64,000 nucleotides of DNA from Pelagomonas calceolata (lineage: Eukaryota), in contig CAKKNE010000003.1 of the NCBI GenBank assembly GCA_918797485.1, positions 1,550,001 through 1,614,000 of the forward strand, read 5' to 3'. Position numbers and translations under genes: made by a program. Below, piece by piece: positions 21,189 to 30,014 of this stretch. Position 1 is the first letter of the stretch; each line of letters starts with the position of its first letter. The notes below the pieces were generated by a model. It did no database searches, was not told the origin of the DNA, and saw only the letters and a program-made list of their open reading frames with translations.

Positions 21189-21965
21189 TCAGCCTCCGCC
21201 ATCGAGCGGCCGGAAGAGCATGCTAATGGCCATGACTAGGGCAACACGCATGACGTCCGGGTCCGTCGCCTCGATGCGGATCCCAGACGTATTCGTCGCC
21301 ATGTAGCAGCCGCCGACCTTCTTCCCATCCTTCAAGATGTTCCAGGTCGGCCCGCTCCTCTTGAAGCACGGGCAGCACGGGATACAGGCCGCTATGAGAC
21401 AGGCCGTCGCAATCACGAGGATCGGCAGCAAGGGGTTTGCGGGAGACTGAAGCCGCATGGTCGTCTGGCCGTCCTCGCGCACGTAGAAGCCCGCGCCGCG
21501 CCCCATGCAGAAGTGACCGTCGCACAAGGCCGTCATCGGATCGTCCATCACTACGTGAAAGGGGGCGCCGCGGGCGCCCTCCTGGCCGCTCAGGAAGCCC
21601 AGGCGCGCGTTGCTCGTGCGCGTGAAGCGGTGGGTGACGCGGTTGGGTTCCTTCGCGCTGACCAAGTCGACGTGACCGAGGGAATAGTCGAGATTCGAGT
21701 AGTTGAACTGCAGGGTCGCTATGTGGGCCCCGTTCGCGTCGAAGACGGCTAAGTCCTTCGCCCGCGGCATCTCGCGACCGTACCGTTTTCCCATCGGCAG
21801 GCGATCGGAGGGCTGGCCCCAGTCCATCCAACTCGTTCCGATCGAGATGCTGCCGCCGGCGTTCGCGAAGCTGTCTAGCAGCGCCGCTTTGGCGCCCGCG
21901 TCCACCGCAGCAGCGTTGCCCCCGTCAGGGGCAACGCCGTCAGGGGCAACGCTGCTTTGCATCAT
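21189..21965 (-). CDS. Hypothetical protein, possibly scramblase/LURP-like fold
   Basis: Coding-like ORF from MMQSS with a hydrophobic Cys-rich segment (ILVIATACLIAACIPCCPC) and a hydrophobic C-terminal helix. Confidence 0.5.
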   Translation of the reverse strand: MMQSSVAPDGVAPDGGNAAAVDAGAKAALLDSFANAGGSISIGTSWMDWGQPSDRLPMGKRYGREMPRAKDLAVFDANGAHIATLQFNYSNLDYSLGHVDLVSAKEPNRVTHRFTRTSNARLGFLSGQEGARGAPFHVVMDDPMTALCDGHFCMGRGAGFYVREDGQTTMRLQSPANPLLPILVIATACLIAACIPCCPCFKRSGPTWNILKDGKKVGGCYMATNTSGIRIEATDPDVMRVALVMAISMLFRPLDGGG

Positions 21966-22326
21966 GGGGCCTCGTCGTGCGCGAGTGTGATCTGGCAAAA
22001 TATACTGGGCCTCGTGCGTGTGAATCACTGCTTGCAGCGCTCTCCATGACGACGACGGGTTTTTAGCCCCCACCCCGCTCCATGCAATCTGCCGGGTTCC
22101 CGAGAGGCCCAAACGCCCCCCCCCCAAACGATCGCGCACACGGCTCCCCAGGAGTTAATTGGGTGCATTTTCGGGCTGCCCAACAGCTCTTTCACCCGCG
22201 CGCCGACGTACACCCTCCACGCCGTCGACGCGAGACGCGACCGTGACAACAACCGTTCTTCTCATGGTCTTAGTACAAGGAGGGGGGAGGGGTTCCGGCC
22301 GCGACTCCAAACAAGAAGCCGCGCGA

Positions 22327-22837
22327 CTACCACGAGGCGAGGGGCTCCGGCGCCGGCCCGTCGAGGGCCTGCTGCAGGAAGCCGCTCATGAACTCGAGGT
22401 CGTCGACCGCGATGCCGTCCAGCGACGCCGCGTCATCGGGCGCGCCCGACGACGCGTCGTCGGCCGAGTCCGAGTCGGACACGGACACCGTTGATACGGC
22501 CGCGCGGGCCGGGGGGAGGGGCGCGGGCGCGGTCGCCCGCGGCGCAAGGGGCCGCCGCGCCGGCTCGTCGATCGTCGCAAACGATTCCACTGCTGGGAGT
22601 CGAGAATAGGGTGAACACTGCTGGTTCGGTCGTGACGATCGGCGAGCCGGGCACGGGCAGGCCCCGGCGGAGGCGGTCGTTCTCGGCGAGCGCGGCCGCC
22701 AGCTGCTGCTGCAGGGACGCGATGAGGTCCCGCTGCTGCTGCCGGTGCCGCGCCGCGCTGAGCCGGTTCCGCTCCATGCGCGCGCGCTTGCGCGCCTCGC
22801 GCTCCTCCATGGTCGAGCTGTTGCGTTTCTGGCCCAT
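22327..22837 (-). CDS. bZIP transcription factor. Unspliced form 134 aa (stop at 22433); predicted IRE1-spliced form 160 aa (exons 22837-22621 and 22592-22327)
   Basis: Basic region EEREARKRARMERNRLSAARHRQQQR, leucine zipper LIASLQQQLAAALAENDRLR, then EPAV at the splice hairpin. The shifted frame encodes an acidic tail (DSDSADDASS..DDLEFMSGFLQQAL). Confidence 0.85.
22569..22641 (-). promoter_or_regulatory. Bifurcated stem-loop with two IRE1-type cleavage loops; putative 28-nt unconventional intron at 22593-22620
   Basis: mRNA reads GAAC-CAGCAGU-GUUC and CGACUCC-CAGCAGU-GGAAUCG; both loops match CNG|CNGN. Flanking 8-bp basal stem CGAUCGUC/GACGAUCG. Confidence 0.8.
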
Positions 22838-23906
22838 TGTTGCGTGCTGGTCACGTCCTGTGCGTGGCTGGTGCGCGAGAATTGATATTCTGCGCCCTTT
22901 TCCGCGCGCAGAGAGAGGTGAAGAGCTTGGGTGACGCCTGCGTGCGAGTTTTGTTGGCTCTCTGAAATTTTGCTCTCGCGCGCGTTCCGGGAGCGCGGCC
23001 GCGCGACCCTTTTGCTGGGCGGTTTATCGGGTTGGGGCGTTGTACGCCGCCGGCGGTGGCCGCCAGAGGGCTGCGGCGGCGCCGCGACGGGGCCTCCGGG
23101 CGAAGCCCCAGGAGCCACAGCCGAAATCTCCGGGACTGTGCTCCGCGCCGAGCGCGCAAACGGCCGCGCCAAGCCTCGTAGTTGTTCCTTGGCCTTATAG
23201 AAGGCACTCGCGCGAGTCTGTGTGTTCAGCGGGTCCTTAGCGACGCGGGGCGATGCCTTTTTAGCTGTCGGCCTTGAGATAGCGCTTGGCGAAGTTTGCG
23301 CAACGTGGAGGCCACCACGCCTCTTGCCACGGCTCCAAGCGACCCATGTACGCATCTGGCATGCAGCAGGCGCGGCGTCCTCGGCAATTTTTGTTTGCGG
23401 GCAACGCGCGAGATCAACGCGCGCGGTCCCCAAAGCACAGAGGGCGACCACAGGGCGACCATAGCGGCGGCTAAAAACGCTCCCGCACTCCTCGCCACCC
23501 GGTTCGTAGCGCGCCGCGTCCTTCGTGTAGGGTCGCGTCGCACGAGCGACTCGCGTTGCTGAGGCCTCCGTCCGCCACGCGAGCGGCCTTCGGTCATTCT
23601 TGCTGACGACCGGAGGACCAGCCGCGGTACACACGCTCCCAGCGCTTGGCTTAATGCTAGAAGTAGACCTACTAAGCCTCGGCAAAAACGACGTAGGAGC
23701 AGCCGCCGACCGAGTGCAGGGCGGTATAGCTTTGGGCTCGCGAGCAGCGAGGATAGGTTTATTCGCTGCGCATAGATCCGCCAGCAATTCTGCTGGCGCA
23801 CCGGCCCCCACGCACCCCTGCAAGTGGACCCAAAAAAATAAGGCAAAAAAAAAGGCCGAGCTGAGCACGCAAGAGTAAGACCCACAACAGCAAAGGAAAG
23901 AACGCG

Positions 23907-25097
23907 ATGGACGACGCCTCCCGCCGCGACGTCGCCGACGTCGTCGACTCCGTGCCCTGCTGGATGGCCGTGGCATTATTAACGCTCGCGGACGTCGTGC
24001 TCTTCGCGTGGCAGCTGCTGCCGGGCACGAACGCGGCGGAGGCGCAGTGGCTGCGGGGTTTAGAATTAGCGATCAACGCGTTATTTGTCTGCGAGCTGGG
24101 CCTGCGCTTCGTCGCGGCCGGCGGCGACTTCCTCTCGTCCACGATGAACGTGTTTGACACGGTCGTGATTGTGTGCGCCTTCGTGCTGTGCCTGGCGGAG
24201 TTCACGGCGGCGCCGATCGTGGCGCTGCGGGGCCTGCGGATCCTGAGATACGTGTGCCGCGGCGTCCGCGGGGCGTGCGCGGCGTCGCGCATCGACGCGG
24301 GCTTCGAGATGCGCGGGCTGGTGCGGCAGAACTCGTTGAGCCGGGGCGCGACGCTCATGGTTTTTATGCGGCGTCCTTTTTGCGTCCTTCGTGTCGCCTC
24401 GACGGCGTCGAGCTCCACGCCGTCGACGCGCCGAGTCGCCTCGATCGATGCGCAGAGAGAGAGAGAGGTCGCCGTCACTCATCCAACGCAGGGCCGCGTC
24501 GCGCACCGCGCGCGCGAGGCCGACCTCGCGCCGCTCCACCTGGATTTAACCAAAAACGCCGACGCCGTCGCGCGCGCCGTGGCCGCGTCCCTGGAGCCGC
24601 GGTCGAAGCGCCGCGCGACGGCCGCGTCGTCCGACGGCGACCGGCTCCTCGCCTGCGTGGCGTCCCTGCCGCGGCGGTCGCGCGAGCTGCTCGAGCGCTC
24701 GGCGGCCGAGGCGGCCACGGCGCGCGCCGCCTACCGCGCGGCGCACTCGGCCGCGCTCGCCGCGACGCCGCCGCCGCCGTCGCCCGTGTCCTCGCCCGTC
24801 GCCGCGCCCCCGGCGAACAAGAAAGGGCCGCCCCGGGACACGGACGGCCTCCTCGCCGCGGCGCCGCGCGTGAACCCCATGCATACTACATCTGTCGACG
24901 TCGAGGCGCCGGCGCCGCCGCCGGCCGTCGTCCTCAAGCTCCGCGAGCCGCCCGCCGCAACGGCGTCGGCGCCGGCCCTGCTGGGCCTCTTCGAGCACGC
25001 GCTCGACGAGGCCCGCGCGCGGAACGCGCCGCCGCCGCGGCTCGCGGCGCTGCTGCGCGGCTCGCCGGGCCTCGTCTTCCTCAAGGGCGACCTCTAG
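23907..25097 (+). CDS. Protein with a stand-alone voltage-sensor-like (S1-S4) domain; probable intron at 24360-24491
   Basis: LFVCELGLRF (S2), NVFDTVVIV (S3), LRGLRILRYVCR (S4). GT...CAG 132-bp low-complexity insert with a poly-GA run. Confidence 0.7.
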   Translation: MDDASRRDVADVVDSVPCWMAVALLTLADVVLFAWQLLPGTNAAEAQWLRGLELAINALFVCELGLRFVAAGGDFLSSTMNVFDTVVIVCAFVLCLAEFTAAPIVALRGLRILRYVCRGVRGACAASRIDAGFEMRGLVRQNSLSRGATLMVFMRRPFCVLRVASTASSSTPSTRRVASIDAQREREVAVTHPTQGRVAHRAREADLAPLHLDLTKNADAVARAVAASLEPRSKRRATAASSDGDRLLACVASLPRRSRELLERSAAEAATARAAYRAAHSAALAATPPPPSPVSSPVAAPPANKKGPPRDTDGLLAAAPRVNPMHTTSVDVEAPAPPPAVVLKLREPPAATASAPALLGLFEHALDEARARNAPPPRLAALLRGSPGLVFLKGDL

Positions 25098-25140
25098 GCT
25101 ATTGTGTAACGTTAATTATGATGATATCTTCTCTTGGCTT

Positions 25141-25342
25141 TGCGCGTCGACGGCGTCGAGGGGGTGCTGCTACGATCGCGAGCGAGCGGTGGCCCGGGCC
25201 GCCCTCACGCCGTCGCGAGCTGCGACAGCCCGTCGTCTGGAGGCGGTCCCGTCGCAGCATGTCGCCCGCGCCATGTGCACTGATCATATATGCTTCGTGG
25301 GCTGCGCGTCGACGGCGCCGAGGCGGTACCGCTACGATCACG
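25141..25342. repeat. Imperfect 40-bp direct repeat pair in the intergenic region
   Basis: tgcgcgtcgacggcgtcgagggggtgctgctacgatcgcg (25141-25180) versus tgcgcgtcgacggcgccgaggcggtaccgctacgatcacg (25303-25342). Confidence 0.75.
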
Positions 25343-25392
25343 CCGTCGCCACAACATCCTACCCACGGGTACGATGCATATGTATACAAGAT

Positions 25393-26826
25393 TTACTCCG
25401 CCGATGGATCGGGCTTCGCCGGCGGGTCCTCGCCGATGGTATAGTAGAATTCGTGCGGGTCCGTGTTCCAGGTGCAGAAGTCGAAGCCCGCATAGTTGCT
25501 CTGGTAGGAGTAGTCGAACCAGCCCTGGAACTCGATGCCGAAGGACTCGACGCCCTCGGTCCAGGCGTGGTCTCCTAAAGTTCCCGTGGCGTGCGCGTGG
25601 AACGCGACGCCCGCCGCGTCCCAGGCCTTCATGTACTCGTCGAGGGGGCACGCCGTGATCGCGACGCCGAGGTGGCGGTCGTACCACGCCGTCCAGCCGA
25701 TGTTTGGCCCCGCATATTCCTCTTTGACGGACTCCTGGTAGGCCACGAAGTCCGAAACGGTGTGCTTCATCGGCCCGAAGTCGTGTCCATTCTCGACCCA
25801 CTCGAGCTCGATGCTCATCTTGTCGTGCGACGCGAGGTGGAAGTTCGCGGAGGCGACCTTCGCCGTGCCGGACTCCCACACACTTACCTCGAGCGCGGGG
25901 AAGTGCGTCGCCCAGTAGCGCTGCACCTTGTCGACCGAGGACACGGCGATCGACACGCGGATCGGCGTCGTCTCCTCGCGCTCGACGAAGTTGTCCCCGC
26001 CGAAGTTGTCGTACCACCACGCGTCGAGCTGGTCCTTGTTGTAGGTGCGCGGCACGTGGCAGGCCGGGCACTCGGCCGCGCTCCAGTCCTTGACGGAAAC
26101 GATGCCCTCGTCTAACCTAGGCGACGTGATCTCGTAGACCTTGCCCGTCGGCGAACCCACAACCAAAGTATAGTAGGCCTGGCCATTAACAAAGCCGCGC
26201 CGCGCGAGGAAGGGCTCCCCCTCATTTGTCAACTTGCGAGCAATATAAGATAGGTCCGGCGTGTACATGACCAAAGAATAGTGCATGAACGGGTTGAAGA
26301 CATCGGTCGCGAACGACTCCTTGTTCAGGTTCGCCTGGTACTTGTCCCAGTACTGGACCGTTAAAGGCCCGTGGGGCGTCACTTGCGAGTAGGGGAAGTG
26401 CAGGTCCATCGTGTGGCCGCCGCCGCCGATCGTCTGCTTCCGGATGCGCATCTTGTACTTTCCATCTACAAGGCAATCTTCATAGACCGCCGGGTCATCC
26501 GAACCGTCCCCACCGTAGCTCTGGTCCACCGAACCGAGCACGCGCTGCGCGAACGCGGCGTCGGCGGTGGGTTGAGACGACGTGATCGTGTACTTGGAGA
26601 TCTCGAGCTTCTCCACGTCGGTGCAGGGCGCGGCGGACGCCTGGCCGTAGAGGGCCGCGGACGCCGTCGTGCGCCGCGCGACGGCGCCGACGGCGGCGGC
26701 GGCGCAGAGGGCTGGGACGAGGTAGGAGACCCGCTTGGCGCCGCGCGGCGGCGCGCCCTGCAGCGGCGAGGCCTCGTCCATGCGCGGCGTGCTCGCCTCC
26801 TCGTCGTCGTCGAGCTTGGGCTGCAT
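25393..26826 (-). CDS. Hypothetical type II membrane/secreted protein, 477 aa
   Basis: Long ORF with strong GC3 bias, N-terminal hydrophobic anchor (YLVPALCAAAAVGAV) and an aromatic-rich globular region. Confidence 0.75.
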   Translation of the reverse strand: MQPKLDDDEEASTPRMDEASPLQGAPPRGAKRVSYLVPALCAAAAVGAVARRTTASAALYGQASAAPCTDVEKLEISKYTITSSQPTADAAFAQRVLGSVDQSYGGDGSDDPAVYEDCLVDGKYKMRIRKQTIGGGGHTMDLHFPYSQVTPHGPLTVQYWDKYQANLNKESFATDVFNPFMHYSLVMYTPDLSYIARKLTNEGEPFLARRGFVNGQAYYTLVVGSPTGKVYEITSPRLDEGIVSVKDWSAAECPACHVPRTYNKDQLDAWWYDNFGGDNFVEREETTPIRVSIAVSSVDKVQRYWATHFPALEVSVWESGTAKVASANFHLASHDKMSIELEWVENGHDFGPMKHTVSDFVAYQESVKEEYAGPNIGWTAWYDRHLGVAITACPLDEYMKAWDAAGVAFHAHATGTLGDHAWTEGVESFGIEFQGWFDYSYQSNYAGFDFCTWNTDPHEFYYTIGEDPPAKPDPSAE

Positions 26827-27200
26827 CGTCGGGGATTTACACGCTGCCCGCCCCTGGTTGTGGATCGAAATGGGGAAGGTGCACTTTTGGTTGGGGGTCC
26901 GATGGCTCCTTCGCGGACCGGTGGCGATGCGGCGCCGTGTGGAGCTCTGTTCATGCCCGAGCCCCTAACACACGTCGGCCAAACCCGTGCACTCAGCGCT
27001 ATTTTGCAGATCTGCGCGTGAGCTTGGTGCCGTTTTGCTGGGAGTACCGGTCAAGCTCAGCGGGCCGAAGGCCCTGAGCTCGAGCAGCGGCTACGCGTCG
27101 GCGTTGGTATTTGTATATCGCTCGGCAAAGCAGCGTAGTAGTTCGGGGCAGCCCTTCCTCTATCACCTCCAGCCAGTATTCATACGCAAGCCGACGGATC

Positions 27201-29393
27201 ATGCTGCGGTGGACCCACCTCGCGGCCGCCGTGGCTCTGGGCCACGCTTGTAATTATCCTTTCCTGATGAACAACTCGTACGGGTGCGCGCGCGACCCCT
27301 GCGCGGCCCTCGACGCCGTGGCCTGCGCCGCGGAGGCGACGTGCGACATGAGTTCTGTGGGCTGCGCCACCGCTTGCGCCGCGCTCAACAGCTCGCAGTG
27401 CATGGGCCTCGCGGCGAACTACACGCTCTACTACTCCACGTTTAACATGGACGATATCACGTACGGCCCGCTCAAATGCAGCCAAGAGACGGTCGTGAGC
27501 GACGACTACATGAGTTACTGGTACGAGTGCTCCGGGAACGGCACGGCCGGTGGTGGCGCGTCCGGACAAAAGGACGACGACGGCGGCGTCTCCAGCTACC
27601 CCGGCCTCGACGACGACGCGGCCGTAGACCCGATGACGGCGGCGATGTCGCCCTCGGACCCGAGCACCTACGCCCTCGTGCTCGGCTTCGTGCTCGGACT
27701 CGTCGTCGCCGCGGCGACGTGGTACAAGGTCTTGTCGCGCTGCTGCAAGGGCCAGGAGAAGGCGCCCTGGACGGCGGCGGAGACTAGCAATCGGCTCCGC
27801 GAGCCGCTGGCCCGGGCCGCGTCGGTCCGCGTGGCGCGGCACCACCCCGCGCTGCGGGGCTTCGGCGCGCTCAAGCGCCTGGCCGCCGTCCTGATCGTGC
27901 TGGCCGGGAAGCTCGTGGGCTACGTGGCAGGGCTCCTCGCCGGCGCCGGCGTCCTCGGCACCATGGGCGTGGCGGGCCTCCCCAAGTTCTCGATGGAGGC
28001 CCCGGGGACGGCGAAGATACTCGCCGCGCTCGCGGCCCTCAAACTCGTGCTCAAGCGGTACGCGTCCATGCTGGCGCCCAAGGCGGCGTTCTCCGTGCAC
28101 CTCCTAGACGAGGAGGGCAAGCCGGTGACGATAGGTGAAGATAAGGAGGGCAATCCGGTGACGCTCGCGCCGGTTTGGAGCGGCGAGGCGAAGGCGAGCG
28201 CCGCGTGGCGCCTCCCGGGGCTGCGGGAGAAGCGGCCCGTGGCCCTGGACTTCGGCGCGGGCGAGATGCGGCCCGGCCTGAAGCCGGGCGCGCCGGAGCT
28301 CCAGTTCCGCCTCGGCGACCGCCTCGAGTGCTGGTGCTGCTGCTTCCCGTACTTCACGAGGACGCCCGCGGAGCTGAAGCTCGGGGACGCGACGGCGGCC
28401 GTGGGCCGGCCCGCGCGCTGCTGCCTCGCGCCGCCGCGTTGGTTTTCCGTATATTGCCTGTACCCCTGCTCCTTCTTCCGCCCGGATAAATGCTCCCTGG
28501 GCGGCCTGCTCAGCGGCGAGCGCACGTCCATCAAGCTCGCCAACAACGACAAGGCGCTGCTCAAGAAAAAGGTCCGGGACACCATAAACGCCGCGAAGGC
28601 GGCCGTGGTGGCGGTCTTCGCGCCCGTCCGGATTCTCGTAGACAAGTGGAAGGCCAAGGCCGCGGCCGCCAAGGTCGCCGTCGAAGGCGCGGCCAGGGCC
28701 GCCGCCGGGGCGAAGAAGGACGAGGCGCCGGCGCCGGCGCCGGCGTCCAAGGTCCCGACGTTCTCCCTGAATTTCGGCGCCGACGGCGCGTGCGCTCTGC
28801 CGACACCCGTCGCCGTGATCCCGGGCATCGACCTCGGCAAGGAGCTCATGGACGCGATAGGGGGATTCAAAGAAGCGCAGCAGCTGCGGAAGGTGCACGC
28901 GGATTTGACGGAGGGCGCCGGCAAGCTCGAGGCCGGCCTCGGCGCGGCCGCGGCCGCCGCGGACGACAAGCTCGAGCTGGCCGCGGCGACGGCGCAGAAG
29001 GAGGCCCAGGAGCTCGCCGCGCGGGCGCAGAAGGCCGCGGCCGACGCGAATGGCGCGGGCGACGCGGCGGGTGCCGCGGAGGAGGGCGGCGGCTCCGCGC
29101 TGCGCGAGAAGGCCGAGGCGCTGCGGGCCCAGGCGCTCGCGGCGAAGGAGAAGGCGGAAAAGTTGAAGGGCGAAGCCGACGGCTGGAAGGCGACGTACGG
29201 CCAGGCCAAGGACGAGCTGTACAAGCAGCGCATCTACGAGGAGGTGTTCCGCGTCGAGGCGTCGTTCGACGCCGGCCTCGACGCGGAGACGCGCCTCGAG
29301 GCGCTCGCGGCGGCGATCCTGGCGCATTTCAAGTGCGTCGACGAGACCACGCTCCAGCTGATGGGTGGCATCTCCGCGCTCTCGCGGCCGTAG
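27201..29393 (+). CDS. Hypothetical multi-pass membrane protein with signal peptide, Cys-rich ectodomain and Ala/Lys coiled coil
   Basis: MLRWTHLAAAVALGHA leader; TM segment YALVLGFVLGLVVAAATW; coiled coil near the C-terminus. Confidence 0.7.
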   Translation: MLRWTHLAAAVALGHACNYPFLMNNSYGCARDPCAALDAVACAAEATCDMSSVGCATACAALNSSQCMGLAANYTLYYSTFNMDDITYGPLKCSQETVVSDDYMSYWYECSGNGTAGGGASGQKDDDGGVSSYPGLDDDAAVDPMTAAMSPSDPSTYALVLGFVLGLVVAAATWYKVLSRCCKGQEKAPWTAAETSNRLREPLARAASVRVARHHPALRGFGALKRLAAVLIVLAGKLVGYVAGLLAGAGVLGTMGVAGLPKFSMEAPGTAKILAALAALKLVLKRYASMLAPKAAFSVHLLDEEGKPVTIGEDKEGNPVTLAPVWSGEAKASAAWRLPGLREKRPVALDFGAGEMRPGLKPGAPELQFRLGDRLECWCCCFPYFTRTPAELKLGDATAAVGRPARCCLAPPRWFSVYCLYPCSFFRPDKCSLGGLLSGERTSIKLANNDKALLKKKVRDTINAAKAAVVAVFAPVRILVDKWKAKAAAAKVAVEGAARAAAGAKKDEAPAPAPASKVPTFSLNFGADGACALPTPVAVIPGIDLGKELMDAIGGFKEAQQLRKVHADLTEGAGKLEAGLGAAAAAADDKLELAAATAQKEAQELAARAQKAAADANGAGDAAGAAEEGGGSALREKAEALRAQALAAKEKAEKLKGEADGWKATYGQAKDELYKQRIYEEVFRVEASFDAGLDAETRLEALAAAILAHFKCVDETTLQLMGGISALSRP

Positions 29394-30014
29394 GCCCCGG
29401 TCCATGGCCCGGGCGGGTCTTTGCGAGTGCGCGCCATGGCCCAGCGGGCGGTGGCCCGTCCGCTACACGCGGGACCGCCCTCACGGCGCCCGCCACCGTT
29501 ACAGCCGGGGCGCCGGCCGACGTCGCGGTAGCCTCTCTGCTTTGGCATTCTCCTTCTTGCTTTTTAGCGAGTCGTATAACTTACTTACTTAAATTAAAAC
29601 TCGATTGTCTTCACGGACTAGTTTCGTTTGGTACCACAAGACAAAACAGGTTTTTTGGTCTCCTGCCGCCACCGTCCTAAATAAGCGCGTTAGCCCGTGT
29701 GAATGCAAGCGTATCAAGCGTAATGGTCTCCATTTATCGGCCGCACAAGCGAGCGTAGCGCAAAACCGACGCGTGCGCTCATCTGGATGCAATCCACTGA
29801 CATCCACCTTAGTTGGCCAATCGAGAGATGGACGTGTGTGGGCTCGCGTGGCCGCCGCGACGCCGTGCATGGGACGCCACACGTCCGCGTGCGCCCGACG
29901 CGGCTACAGACAGTCGCGCGTGGTTCGGGAGTCAGGACGGCGGTTTCGGTAGCGCGCGGACTCCCATCGCTCGATGTCACGCAGGCGCGAGAGTCGGCGC
30001 GCGACCACTGATTA

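Noticed and set aside
21095..21191. Possible selenocysteine UGA at 21189-21191 with a SECIS-like AUGA...GA hairpin downstream
   Set aside because: The apical AA is absent (U-run instead), the stem is out of register with the quartet, and the protein has no selenoprotein-like context.
22590..22618. Spliceosomal GT-AG reading of the bZIP hairpin region (26 or 29 nt)
   Set aside because: Far shorter than the other introns here (87-210 nt), and both options lead into the Arg-rich third frame rather than the acidic tail.
22327..23976. 549-aa minus-strand ORF as a single gene
   Set aside because: Most of it is low-complexity off-frame translation of upstream and bZIP sequence. Only the last ~88 codons look real, as the post-splice frame of the bZIP.
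27920..29680. Long overlapping antisense and alternate-frame ORFs here and throughout the window
   Set aside because: Shadow ORFs caused by high GC3 and few stop codons; Arg/Ala/Pro-rich with no recognisable domains.
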